64,000 nucleotides of DNA from Bacteroidetes bacterium GWB2_32_14 (GCA_001768235.1 MENK01000031.1:7294-71293), one strand, 5' to 3'. Shown: positions 18,223 to 28,318, counted from the first letter of the stretch. The notes: generated by a model not told the origin, from the letters alone. Numbers and translations: made by a program.

Positions 18223-19146
18223 ATGGAATTATTACGAGCACAGGATGTAGATAAGCGATTTGTAAATCATCTTGCACTGGATAAAGTAAATATTTCAGTA
18301 CCCGAAAATAGTATTTACGGGCTCTTAGGGCCAAACGGGGCAGGAAAAACAACATTAATCCGAATTATCAATCGAATTACAGCCCCCGACAGTGGTGGAA
18401 TTTTCCTTAACGGACGCCCATTACAACCCGACGATGTCTATAATATTGGATATTTGCCAGAAGAACGCGGTTTGTACAAGAAAATGAAAGTGGGCGAACA
18501 GGCTTTATACCTTGCTCAACTAAAAGGCCTTTCCAGGCACGATGCTTTAAAACGACTTAAATACTGGTTCGAGAAATTCGAAATGCAGGCATGGTGGGAT
18601 AAGAAAGTTGAAGAACTTTCGAAAGGAATGCAACAAAAAGTACAGTTTATTACAACAATAATTCACGAACCAAAACTACTTATATTCGACGAGCCTTTTA
18701 GCGGATTCGACCCTATTAATGCAAACATGCTAAAACAGGAAATCCTGGAAATGAAAGCAAAAGGGGCAACTATAATTTTTTCAACCCACAACATGGGTTC
18801 TGTCGAAGAATTGTGCGACCATATTACGCTCATAAATAAATCTAAAAATATTCTCGAAGGACAGATTGACGAAATTCGTAACCGGTACAAATCAAATATT
18901 TATGAAATATCGTTCCATGGTGAAATTGAAAAACTTGAGAAAACCTTAAATGCACACTACGAGCTGGTTGAAAAACTTAAAGTAAACGGGAAAAATGCTG
19001 TTCGTATTAAGCTTCTTCATCAAACTAACGAAAACGAATTGTTATCACTGATTATTCCTACTGTTGAAATTTTATCGTTTAACGAGGTAATGCCAGGCAT
19101 GAACGATATTTTTATCAAAGTAGTAAATGAAAATAAAAATAAGTAG
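18223..19146 (+). CDS. ABC-2 type exporter ATP-binding subunit (NatA/YhaQ-like)
   Basis: GLLGPNGAGKTT, LSKGMQQK, DEPFSGFDP and STHNMGSVEE motifs; C-terminal accessory domain. Confidence 0.92.
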   Translation: MELLRAQDVDKRFVNHLALDKVNISVPENSIYGLLGPNGAGKTTLIRIINRITAPDSGGIFLNGRPLQPDDVYNIGYLPEERGLYKKMKVGEQALYLAQLKGLSRHDALKRLKYWFEKFEMQAWWDKKVEELSKGMQQKVQFITTIIHEPKLLIFDEPFSGFDPINANMLKQEILEMKAKGATIIFSTHNMGSVEELCDHITLINKSKNILEGQIDEIRNRYKSNIYEISFHGEIEKLEKTLNAHYELVEKLKVNGKNAVRIKLLHQTNENELLSLIIPTVEILSFNEVMPGMNDIFIKVVNENKNK

Positions 19147-19168
19147 TAAAAAATAATAAGATAAAATC

Positions 19169-20509
19169 ATGAATAAGATTCGATTAATCATATCAAGAGA
19201 ATATTTAACCCGGGTAAAGAAAAAATCATTTATAGTCATGACCATTCTGGGCCCGATATTATTTGCAGCACTTTTTATTGCTCCTGCATGGATAGCATCC
19301 ATGGAAGATACTGAAATAAAAACTATTGCTGTTATCGACAGCTCTTCTGTTTTTATAAATAAAATTCAGGATACAGATTATATAAAATTCAAATACCTTG
19401 AAAATACAACATTAGATGATGTCAGGAAAGGATTTTCTGAATCGGAATACTATGCCGTATTGCAAATTTTACCAAGTATTACTTATGAGCCAACCGCGGT
19501 ACACCTATTCTCAAAAAAACAGCCCGGGTTTGCCGTAAAATCGTATATATCCAGCTCGATGGAAAAAGAACTAAGAAACCAGAAACTGAGAGCTGCCGGA
19601 ATTAACGATGATGTACTTTCCTCTATAAAATCAGATGTTTCAATACGAACCATTCAATGGACCGAAGACGGAACAGAAAAAGAAGGTTCTACAGAAATTG
19701 CAATGGCTGTTGGTTATGCCGGAGGATTTCTAATTTATTTCTTCATATTTATGTTTGGGGCACAGATAATGCGTGGAGTTATTGAAGAGAAAACGAGCAG
19801 AATTATCGAAATAATTGTCTCTTCAGTTCGTCCTTTTCAATTGATGATGGGTAAAATTATTGGTGTTGCGTTGGTTGGACTAACCCAGTTTTTACTGTGG
19901 ATTGTTCTTACTTTTGCAATTATTACCGGAGTAAAAACTGTTTTATTTCCTCAACTGGGAACTCAAAATGCACAGGAAGTTGTGGCTCAGGATATGTTTT
20001 CTCAGAATATGCCCGACTCACAACAAGTGGTTCAGCAACAAAATATGCAGGAATTTGAAAGTATATTCAATTCGCTCAAAACGATTAATTATGGTGTTTT
20101 AATCGGATCGTTCATTTTTTTCTTTTTAGGGGGTTATTTACTTTACGGCTCCCTGTTTGCCGCCATTGGCTCAGCAGTTGATAACGAAGCCGATACCCAG
20201 CAATTCATGTTCCCAATTACCATACCTCTTATTTTAGGAATTTTTGTAATGATGAATGCCATCCAGACACCCGATAGTCCCGTGGCATTCTGGTTTTCAA
20301 TAATTCCGTTTACTTCCCCTATCGTGATGATGGTTCGTATCCCATTTGGTGTTCCTTATTGGGAGCTGGCATTATCTATGGGATTGCTTGTACTAACCTT
20401 TATTGGAACAACATGGTTAGCAGGTAAAATTTACCGAACAGGTATTTTAATGTATGGTAAAAAAATAAACTATAAAGAACTTTGGAAATGGATTCGATAT
20501 AAATATTAA
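19169..20509 (+). CDS. ABC-2 type exporter permease (NatB/YhaP-like)
   Basis: REYLTRVKKKSF, GVIEEKTSRIIE, GKIIGVAL, AAIGSAVD, PFTSPIVM and KIYRTGILMYGK motifs. Confidence 0.92.
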   Translation: MNKIRLIISREYLTRVKKKSFIVMTILGPILFAALFIAPAWIASMEDTEIKTIAVIDSSSVFINKIQDTDYIKFKYLENTTLDDVRKGFSESEYYAVLQILPSITYEPTAVHLFSKKQPGFAVKSYISSSMEKELRNQKLRAAGINDDVLSSIKSDVSIRTIQWTEDGTEKEGSTEIAMAVGYAGGFLIYFFIFMFGAQIMRGVIEEKTSRIIEIIVSSVRPFQLMMGKIIGVALVGLTQFLLWIVLTFAIITGVKTVLFPQLGTQNAQEVVAQDMFSQNMPDSQQVVQQQNMQEFESIFNSLKTINYGVLIGSFIFFFLGGYLLYGSLFAAIGSAVDNEADTQQFMFPITIPLILGIFVMMNAIQTPDSPVAFWFSIIPFTSPIVMMVRIPFGVPYWELALSMGLLVLTFIGTTWLAGKIYRTGILMYGKKINYKELWKWIRYKY

Positions 20510-20535
20510 TTTATTTCAAAACACTTTATTTTTTC

Positions 20536-20568
20536 AAAACTATCTGTTTACTTAGCAGATAGTTTTTT
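20536..20568 (+). terminator. Intrinsic terminator after the ABC-2 exporter
   Basis: AAAACTATCTG-TTTACTTAG-CAGATAGTTTT perfect 11-bp stem with a T tail. Confidence 0.8.
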
Positions 20569-20580
20569 ATTATTCAAAAA

Positions 20581-21510
20581 ATGAGATTAGCAATTATCGA
20601 TTTAGGCACAAATACTTTCAACCTGCTTATTGTTGATGTAGATGTAAATAAACAGTATAAAATTATTTTTAATGATAAAGCAGGAGTTAAACTGGGAAAA
20701 GGTGGAATAAATAATAAAATAATCACCCCTGAAGCTTTTCTGCGTGCATTAAATGGTATTGCAAAACACATGGAATCTATTCAGAAATTTAATGCTGAAA
20801 AAATTATAGCGACAGCAACATCAGGTATCAGAAGTACAGAAAACGGGAAAGAACTGGTAACACAAATAAAAAAACAATTTGGCATCGATGTTAAAATCAT
20901 ATCCGGTGATGAAGAAGCTGAACTTATTTACAGAGGGGTAAAACAAACCGTGGATTTTACTGAAGAAAATGCATTAATCCTGGATATTGGAGGCGGAAGT
21001 AACGAGTTTATTCTTGTTAATAAAAATGGTTTGCTTTGGAAACAAAGCTTTGATTTGGGTATTTCACGACTGTTAGACCGTTTTAATCCATCCAATCCGA
21101 TTACTCGTTGTGAGATTACAGAAGTAGAAAAATATATCGACTCGCAACTTAACCCACTTTACGAAGCTGTAAAGAAATACAAACCAACAACTCTCATCGG
21201 ATCATCGGGTACTTTTGACTCCATACGTGAAATGATTATTGAACAAAAAGGAATAAAACAAGAAAACCTGATAAATAAGAACTCATACAGAATTAACCTT
21301 TTTGATTATCTTAGCCTTCATGCAGAATTATTAAAATCTACTTACAACAAAAGACTTTCTATGAAAGGATTGGAGTTTGTTCGCATAGAAATGATTGTGT
21401 TGGCAAGTATTTTTGTTAATTTTATCATTCAAAAAATTGGAATAAAATCTTTAATTCAATCATCCTATGCCTTAAAAGAAGGACTGGTCGATAAAATTAT
21501 TAATGGATAA
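20581..21510 (+). CDS. ppx: Ppx/GppA-family exopolyphosphatase (short form, no HD domain)
   Basis: IDLGTNTFNL, ATSGIRST, ISGDEEA, DIGGGSNE and ALKEG motifs; 309 aa. Confidence 0.85.
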   Translation: MRLAIIDLGTNTFNLLIVDVDVNKQYKIIFNDKAGVKLGKGGINNKIITPEAFLRALNGIAKHMESIQKFNAEKIIATATSGIRSTENGKELVTQIKKQFGIDVKIISGDEEAELIYRGVKQTVDFTEENALILDIGGGSNEFILVNKNGLLWKQSFDLGISRLLDRFNPSNPITRCEITEVEKYIDSQLNPLYEAVKKYKPTTLIGSSGTFDSIREMIIEQKGIKQENLINKNSYRINLFDYLSLHAELLKSTYNKRLSMKGLEFVRIEMIVLASIFVNFIIQKIGIKSLIQSSYALKEGLVDKIING

Positions 21511-21521
21511 CTATATTACTT

Positions 21522-22688
21522 ATGGCTAAAATACTTGTTATTGACGACGAAAAAAGTATTCGTGAAACCCTGAAAGAAATTCTTGAATATGAAAAACATG
21601 AGGTAGATCTTGCCTGCGAAGGAGAACAGGGATTAGAATTATTCAGGGCATGTAAATATGATGTTGTTTTGCTTGATATAAAAATGCCCAAAAAAGACGG
21701 GCTTGAAGTTCTCGATGATTTACTCGTTGAAACTACAGATACTCCGATAATTATGATTTCCGGGCATGGAAACATTGAAACCGCCGTTGAATCAATAAAA
21801 AAAGGGGCATACGATTTTATAGAAAAACCACTCGATCTCAATCGCCTGCTTGTAACTATACGTAACGCAATGGATCGGAATTATCTTATTAAAGAAACAA
21901 AAACACTAAAAAGACAGGTTAATAAAACCTACGAGATAATTGGCGAATCTGCTCCTATTCAGAAAGTAAAAACAATGATTGACAAAGTAGCCCCAACCGA
22001 TGCACGGGTTTTAATAACAGGTGAAAACGGTTCGGGTAAAGAACTGGTTGCACGCTGGTTGCACGAGAAAAGCGAACGTGCAGTAAATCCTTTTATTGAA
22101 GTAAATTGTGCCGCAATTCCATCAGAACTGATCGAAAGTGAGCTTTTTGGCCATGAAAAAGGAGCTTTTACTTCGGCTCATAAACAACGTAAAGGGAAAT
22201 TTGAACAAGCTCATTCCGGAACTATCTTCCTGGATGAAATAGGCGACATGAGTTTGAATGCGCAGGCCAAAGTGCTTAAAGCACTCGAAGAAAAGAAAGT
22301 TTCACGCGTTGGCAGTGATAAAGATATTCTTGTTGATGTTCGGATTATTGCTGCAACAAATAAAAACCTGAAAGAAGAAATTCAAAAAAATAACTTCCGC
22401 GAAGACCTGTATCATCGTTTAAGTGTTATTCTTATTCATGTTCCATCGTTAAACGAGCGTAAAGAAGATATCCCTTTGTTAGCCGAACATTTTAACCAGC
22501 TGATTTGTGGCGATTATGGTGTACAAAAAAAAATCATTAAACCAGAAGCTATAAAAGAGCTCCAGAAAATTAATTGGACAGGAAATATCAGGGAATTTCG
22601 AAATGTTTTGGAACGCTTAATTATATTATGTGATAAAGAAATTACTGGTGATGATGTGATATCTTATGCACAACCCATTTCAAAATAA
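21522..22688 (+). CDS. Sigma-54-interacting response regulator (receiver + AAA+, no C-terminal HTH)
   Basis: Receiver VIDDE..LDIKMP..SGHG, Walker A GENGSGKE, ESELFGHEKGAFTSA, LDEIGD, FREDLYHRL and WTGNIREFRN. Ends at aa 388. Confidence 0.9.
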   Translation: MAKILVIDDEKSIRETLKEILEYEKHEVDLACEGEQGLELFRACKYDVVLLDIKMPKKDGLEVLDDLLVETTDTPIIMISGHGNIETAVESIKKGAYDFIEKPLDLNRLLVTIRNAMDRNYLIKETKTLKRQVNKTYEIIGESAPIQKVKTMIDKVAPTDARVLITGENGSGKELVARWLHEKSERAVNPFIEVNCAAIPSELIESELFGHEKGAFTSAHKQRKGKFEQAHSGTIFLDEIGDMSLNAQAKVLKALEEKKVSRVGSDKDILVDVRIIAATNKNLKEEIQKNNFREDLYHRLSVILIHVPSLNERKEDIPLLAEHFNQLICGDYGVQKKIIKPEAIKELQKINWTGNIREFRNVLERLIILCDKEITGDDVISYAQPISK

Positions 22689-22743
22689 ATCGGTCTTAAA
22701 AAACCGGTATTTATCCCCATTATTACCTGACATGAACACGAAA

Positions 22744-24120
22744 CTACCGATCAATTATTTCTGGTTCTCCTGTCAGGGCACTTTCATAATCAGGTGTTTG
22801 AATTAATTCCTGGTAATTTTCAGGGAATTTTAATTTGCCAAATACAGCCCAATAAGCTTCTTTTGTCATCGAATCCCAGTGAATCAGTGTTCGCCTGTAT
22901 TGCAAGGTTTGGAAAAGGTTTAAGCTTATAAATACAAAAATTACAGTAACAACTGTTGCTTTAATGATTTTTTTCTTTTCAAAAACAGTTCTTAAAAATG
23001 CGGCCAATGGTATTGTTAAAAATATATAGGATTCTATTAACGGGCGGGCTCCAAATCCACCTCCATACCACCAGCTCCACCAACTAAATATGATATAAAT
23101 ATTAATTGCAAGAAATACGGGTATTGCTAATGAAAATTCTTTAAAATCCCTGAACAATAAAGGTATTCCTGCCAAAGCAAGCAACATAACCGGGGTATAA
23201 ACAAGCCAGCCTTTCCTGTAGCTGAACAACCCGTCGAAAACATGTGGTTTTGTAAAGAAAAATCCTTCGCTACCATATGAATAATAGAACCATTTGCCCG
23301 TAATTGTTTTCCAATAAATCAATTGTGGTGAAAATATCAAAACAACCAGAATAAAAATCAAAACCAGTTGTATCCAGTTTTTTCTTAGCAGGTTCCATTT
23401 TTGTTTGCCCGTATTTATATTATAAACCCCATAAAACAGGGGAACAATAAAAACCACGATGTTTGATGAACGAACCAAAACAATTAATCCTCCGACTAAT
23501 CCAAGAAAAACTGTATTTATTAGTGACTGGGAATTGTGCCATTTTAAAGTAAAATAAAAAAACAGGGCAAACAAAAAGAAGCTAAACGCATGTGACATTT
23601 CGCCCTCATTTGTAACATAATAAAAAAGGTTTGTTCCAAAAGCTATAATTATAATGCTTAATGCAGTGATTTTATCGTTAAAAAACTGCAACACTATTTT
23701 TGATAAAATAATTAATCCAAGCAAGCCATAAAACAATCCGGCAAAGCAAATAAACATACTATAGATTTTTGAGTATCCGTTAGCATCATAAGCAGTAATG
23801 TGTGCAATTGAGTGAGCTAAAAAGAAGAAAGGTGAATACATAACAGAAAGGCCCATAGTCATTTTTTGTACCCGCTCACCTGTTGTCGTTTGTTGATACC
23901 AGATACGGCCTTCAAAGTCTTTAGGAAGACTATCGGCAAACCGGAACGTTAAATCATTATATATAAATGTTGCAGGCAGGTATGAATAATACGAAACAGC
24001 ATCGTTATTAATTACAAGGTTTCTTTTCCATTTTGAAATGTTAAAAACTGTCCAGGTATAAACAATTACCGTGAAAATTAAAATTAGAAAGGTGAACCTG
24101 TTTTTTAAAATTTTTTGCAT
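22744..24120 (-). CDS. Polytopic membrane protein, putative GT-C glycosyltransferase
   Basis: About 11 TM helices. Asp in the first loop (NDAVSYYSYLPA), MSHAFSF and WWYGGGFG.R motifs. Confidence 0.65.
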   Translation of the reverse strand: MQKILKNRFTFLILIFTVIVYTWTVFNISKWKRNLVINNDAVSYYSYLPATFIYNDLTFRFADSLPKDFEGRIWYQQTTTGERVQKMTMGLSVMYSPFFFLAHSIAHITAYDANGYSKIYSMFICFAGLFYGLLGLIILSKIVLQFFNDKITALSIIIIAFGTNLFYYVTNEGEMSHAFSFFLFALFFYFTLKWHNSQSLINTVFLGLVGGLIVLVRSSNIVVFIVPLFYGVYNINTGKQKWNLLRKNWIQLVLIFILVVLIFSPQLIYWKTITGKWFYYSYGSEGFFFTKPHVFDGLFSYRKGWLVYTPVMLLALAGIPLLFRDFKEFSLAIPVFLAINIYIIFSWWSWWYGGGFGARPLIESYIFLTIPLAAFLRTVFEKKKIIKATVVTVIFVFISLNLFQTLQYRRTLIHWDSMTKEAYWAVFGKLKFPENYQELIQTPDYESALTGEPEIIDR

Positions 24121-24127
24121 TTAAATT

Positions 24128-25555
24128 TTACTTATCCGTACGTTGAAATATAAAAACTTCATAATTGTAACCATTCAACACGTTAAACGGTTTTTCAGGG
24201 TTAAATTTCCGAAGCAGTTTAAATTTGGGGTTATTCAGTAATGAATCAAGAGGCAAATGCCCTTCATTTGGTCCAAAATGAGCATCCCACTGAAGAATAC
24301 TTCCTTCAGGCATATTTATTCCCGGGCTCGATACATCGGGAATTTTCTCAAAACACTTTTCCTGATCAAATGGGTTCATTTTTAACTGGTGAATGAAATA
24401 CAAATCGTAATAATAAATTTTGTTTGTATCCAGACTGTTTGATTTTACCCAGCTTGCAGCCTGATAAATCACTTTTTCCCGTCCATCACGTTTAACCGGG
24501 ACTTTATAAAAACCAAAAGGGAGTTTTATAATCAGAACTAAAATTATTGTTTTAAATCCAAGTTGTACAAACTGGTTGAATTTTAAAAAATCAAATATGA
24601 AATTAAATCCCCTTAAACCAATGATTGCTGCTAAAGGCATAACGGCAGCCATAACACGGATTAATCCCAGTGAACCACCAACACCTTTCCACCATGCAAC
24701 CGAATGAGCTGCCAGGTATCCAAGATATACAAGAAAAATAAGAATAATCTCTAATACTACCTGCTTGCGTTTTTTTGATAATCGAATAAAATCATAAATA
24801 TAACTTACTAATCCAAACCCTGCCAGTATTGCTAATGGAATACCATTTATTCGTTTAGTATTATCAATAAAATGAGTCAGTTTTCCTGAACCGTAAATAT
24901 CTTTTGCCCCCGTGTATGGGTTTTGTGTAATGAACCACCAGAAATCATCAAGGATAAAATAACCGAAAATACTGAAGAAAATAAATCCGGTTAAGAGAAA
25001 TGGCAGGGCTTTAAATTTCTTTTCAAGAATAAAAGCAATCAAAAAAAGTGGAAGAATTATAAATCCCTCGGTACGTGAGAATATAATAACCGATATTACA
25101 ACAGATGAAGCAACATATCTTTTATCAAAAAATAAATATATGGCCAGAATAAGAACCAGACTAAACAGGATTTCTGTTAATCCTGAGAGCATTAAAATAA
25201 AATAAATTGGAGTAAAACATATAAAAAAAATTGCCAGCCACGGATTGGTATAATCTAGTTTACGAACAGTTAAATAAGCAAAGAAAGCTGTTAATAATCC
25301 TGCGAATACATTAAAAAACTGTATTCCTTTAAATCCAAACTGGGCAAAAGGAGAACTTATAATTGTAAATAAAGGTTTTCCCCAATGATCAAGAAAAAAG
25401 TGTGGATATTTAAATGCATATCTCGCCAGCCTGAAATGGGCATAATTATCGGCTCCTCCTTCAGCGGATTCACTATAAAGAACCAGAAAACCAAAAAAAA
25501 TAAAAAGTACAGAAAAAATGAAAAGCAGCCAACGAACCCTGAGATTAAGCCTCAT
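24128..25555 (-). CDS. Polytopic membrane protein, putative GT-C glycosyltransferase
   Basis: First-loop GADNYAH, DHWGKPLFT, LTEILF and RTEG motifs, about 10 TM helices, soluble C-terminal domain. Confidence 0.65.
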   Translation of the reverse strand: MRLNLRVRWLLFIFSVLFIFFGFLVLYSESAEGGADNYAHFRLARYAFKYPHFFLDHWGKPLFTIISSPFAQFGFKGIQFFNVFAGLLTAFFAYLTVRKLDYTNPWLAIFFICFTPIYFILMLSGLTEILFSLVLILAIYLFFDKRYVASSVVISVIIFSRTEGFIILPLFLIAFILEKKFKALPFLLTGFIFFSIFGYFILDDFWWFITQNPYTGAKDIYGSGKLTHFIDNTKRINGIPLAILAGFGLVSYIYDFIRLSKKRKQVVLEIILIFLVYLGYLAAHSVAWWKGVGGSLGLIRVMAAVMPLAAIIGLRGFNFIFDFLKFNQFVQLGFKTIILVLIIKLPFGFYKVPVKRDGREKVIYQAASWVKSNSLDTNKIYYYDLYFIHQLKMNPFDQEKCFEKIPDVSSPGINMPEGSILQWDAHFGPNEGHLPLDSLLNNPKFKLLRKFNPEKPFNVLNGYNYEVFIFQRTDK

Positions 25556-25557
25556 AT

Positions 25558-26277
25558 TTATTTTTTTGAAAAAAGATTATATTTAAAAATACAGTAAATA
25601 GCTTTAAATCCGTCTTTCCAGTTTATTTTTTTCCCTTCATCGTAAGTACGTCCAAAATATGAAATGCCGACTTCATAAATTCTAATTCCGGCTATTCTTG
25701 ATATTTTTGCAGTTATTTCAGGTTCAAAACCAAATCGTTTTTCTTTAAGGTTAATCTTTTGAATTATTTCCGTTCTTATCAGTTTGTAGCATGTCTCCAT
25801 ATCGGTAAGATTCAGATTGGTAAACATGTTCGACAGACAAGTAAGAAATTTATTCCCGATGGTATGCCAGAAAAATAAAATCCGGTGCGGATTAGAACCC
25901 ATAAAACGCGATCCATAAACAACATCGGCATTTGCTTTAAAAACGGGTTGTAATAAATCGGTATATTCATTTGGATCGTACTCCAAATCGGCATCCTGAA
26001 TAATTAAATATTCGCCTGTAGCATTAGCAATTCCTTTATGCAAAGCAGCTCCTTTTCCCTGGTTTACATCTTGGTTTATTAACCGAATAGCCACGGAAGC
26101 ATGTTCGCTGATATATTTCTCGATAATTTCCCTGGTTTTATCTTTCGAACAATCGTTAACAATAATTATTTCTTTACTTATTACTCCAAGGTCAACTGAA
26201 ATTACTTTATCCAAAATCTGCTGAATGGTTTTTTCTTCGTTGTATGCAGGAATAATAATAGATAGGGTATTTATCAT
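25558..26277 (-). CDS. GT2 polyprenol-phosphate glycosyltransferase (DPM1/GtrB-like)
   Basis: [54 protein letters not shown] and KKINWKDG motifs. Confidence 0.92.
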   Translation of the reverse strand: MINTLSIIIPAYNEEKTIQQILDKVISVDLGVISKEIIIVNDCSKDKTREIIEKYISEHASVAIRLINQDVNQGKGAALHKGIANATGEYLIIQDADLEYDPNEYTDLLQPVFKANADVVYGSRFMGSNPHRILFFWHTIGNKFLTCLSNMFTNLNLTDMETCYKLIRTEIIQKINLKEKRFGFEPEITAKISRIAGIRIYEVGISYFGRTYDEGKKINWKDGFKAIYCIFKYNLFSKK

Positions 26278-26308
26278 AATAAAAATGTTTATCCTTTGGT
26301 AAATATTG

Positions 26309-26353
26309 GAAAGCTAAAAATATCAATTATTTTTTTAACTATCTGTAAAGATT
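26309..26353. repeat. Copy 1 of a ~45-bp imperfect direct repeat (copy 2 at 28035-28078)
   Basis: GAAAGCTAAAAATATCAATTATTTTTTTAACTATCTGTAAAGATT; 38 of 45 aligned columns identical to copy 2 by hand count. Confidence 0.75.
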
Positions 26354-26379
26354 AATTTTAAAATACTTTTGGTCCGATT

Positions 26380-27933
26380 TTAATATGAATTTCTTTTTAA
26401 ATCAATATTTAAAAGTTTTAATAGTGACTCCGTTGTCAAACTATTGTTATTCACAATAATAATACTTGGATCTGTTGACAGTATTATGCAATTCATATTT
26501 TTTATAGTATTTTCAAGGTTTACTTCGGCTCCATAAATCATCACATTTTTCCCGATTTCTGTTTTTTCTTTTAAATAAACCCACGTTCTTTTCTCGTAAA
26601 TACTCATAAGTGTTCTTGGAAAACCTGATTCCATAAGCGGGCATCCATAATTATAAAACTCCATATAGGGAACATTATACTTCCAATCAGGAACAAATAT
26701 TATTAAATCAATATTGTGTGTATTTACTATGTTCTTGATTTGAGTACACTCACAACTTAAATCCTTTACTTTTTTAATAGCTACCGGGCCATAATTTGTT
26801 TTAAGCGTATGGTATTTAATTACTGCAGGATATACACTTGATTTAATAAAAAAGGTTGAAAAAACAATTATGATTAATCCTGTTTTCCAATGTTTGTCTG
26901 ATAACCGAAATATTTTTTTACTCCAGAAAAATACGATACCTGTTAATAAAGGGATTCCAAGAAACATTCTGGTGGAAGATAAAAAAATAGAATCAATATT
27001 ATCATTTACTTTATTAACTCCCAATAGTACAATTATAAAACCAACACCCGATATCACACCAATTCCTTTTTTCCAATCTTTTTTTATTAGAATGATTCCA
27101 AGTATTAATAGTATAATTAAAATAAACCAGCCCGCCGACCATAAAAGCGGGGTAAAATATCCATAAAATTTATCCAGATGTTGCAAATTCTCAATTATTT
27201 TTTTAAAACTAAAACTGATAGGCCACATTCCGTGAACATTGAATTCAGGATTAAGTATATAGAATCTTTTTGCAAAAAACTCAATTAGCAAAACTGGTAT
27301 AATAACTAAAATATTTATAAAATAAAATGATATTCGACTATAGTTTATTAATAACAGATACGAACATACTGGTAAAGAGACAATTAATGAATTTGGATTA
27401 AAAATATAACCCAACGAAATCGAAAAAGCTGCAATAATCCATGAACTTCGGTTAAAAGGTTTTACTAATGCAAAAATTAAAAATCCCGAAAAAAATAATC
27501 CCGATACAAATCCTCGGGTAACAGAACTCAATATTCCGTATTCGATTGGAAGTAAAAGCGGAATAAGTATAAAAATCATAGATTCAATAGTATATCCTTT
27601 TTTAAATAACACGATAGAAAAAAGGAAAAAGGGGAACATTGAAATTATGCATGAACTAACAGGTAGTGCAATGTTGTATGGCATTCCAATCTGGAGAAAG
27701 GGTATGGCAAAAAACGATTCTAACATAAAGTTATAGTTTTGACCATAAAAATAGGGTTCATGAAATACTCCTGTCATATAATCTTTAGCCGATTGCCAAA
27801 AAATTAAATCATCGCTCCCAACATATTTAAAGTTAAAGTTTATTAATAACTGTATTCTATCAACAATTACCAGGCAAAAGAGAATAAATAAAACTGTTTT
27901 GTCTTTTTTAAAATATGAAAGTATTTTTTGCAT
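26380..27933 (-). CDS. Polytopic membrane protein, putative GT-C (ArnT/PMT-like) glycosyltransferase
   Basis: First-loop GSDD acidic pair, EPYFYGQNYNFMLES motif, about 11 TM helices, soluble C-terminal region. Confidence 0.65.
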   Translation of the reverse strand: MQKILSYFKKDKTVLFILFCLVIVDRIQLLINFNFKYVGSDDLIFWQSAKDYMTGVFHEPYFYGQNYNFMLESFFAIPFLQIGMPYNIALPVSSCIISMFPFFLFSIVLFKKGYTIESMIFILIPLLLPIEYGILSSVTRGFVSGLFFSGFLIFALVKPFNRSSWIIAAFSISLGYIFNPNSLIVSLPVCSYLLLINYSRISFYFINILVIIPVLLIEFFAKRFYILNPEFNVHGMWPISFSFKKIIENLQHLDKFYGYFTPLLWSAGWFILIILLILGIILIKKDWKKGIGVISGVGFIIVLLGVNKVNDNIDSIFLSSTRMFLGIPLLTGIVFFWSKKIFRLSDKHWKTGLIIIVFSTFFIKSSVYPAVIKYHTLKTNYGPVAIKKVKDLSCECTQIKNIVNTHNIDLIIFVPDWKYNVPYMEFYNYGCPLMESGFPRTLMSIYEKRTWVYLKEKTEIGKNVMIYGAEVNLENTIKNMNCIILSTDPSIIIVNNNSLTTESLLKLLNIDLKRNSY

Positions 27934-28034
27934 TTTTTACTTTTGGATTTTGGGTTCATACAATGCAGAACATTTCTATATGATGCACATTAATCAATGA
28001 ACTTTATAAATGTAGTTTTAATGAAGATTTAATA

Positions 28035-28078
28035 GAAAGCTAAAATATTAATTATTTTCAAAAATGTCTGTAAAGATT
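28035..28078. repeat. Copy 2 of the ~45-bp imperfect direct repeat
   Basis: GAAAGCTAAAATATTAATTATTTTCAAAAATGTCTGTAAAGATT. Confidence 0.75.
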
Positions 28079-28318
28079 GTTCTTTAATTTCTAAATACCG
28101 TTTCGAAATACAATTTGCATAATAAAATACTAAAGTATAAAGCTACTAGATATATAGGACTTAATTATTGGTATTAAATTTTAGTGAAATTTGTGAAAAA
28201 AGTAAATTTAAATACTTAACAACAGCATTTTTATTATACTGGTTTTTTCTCTTTACTTCGATGTTAAAATTTTGTAAATTAACAACTTGTTTCCTGTTTG
28301 TATAAATTTAAAGATGTT

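Noticed and set aside
14043-20559. Shared 12-mer TTACTTAGCAGA upstream of pstS (14043-14054) and ppx (20548-20559) as a phosphate-regulon box
   Set aside because: The second copy is the loop and 3' arm of a terminator, and a 12-bp match among several kb of AT-rich intergenic DNA is expected by chance.
27934-28318. 385-bp AT-rich spacer as a hidden small gene or RNA
   Set aside because: No convincing ORF or stable stem; explained as a divergent promoter region apart from the repeat reported.
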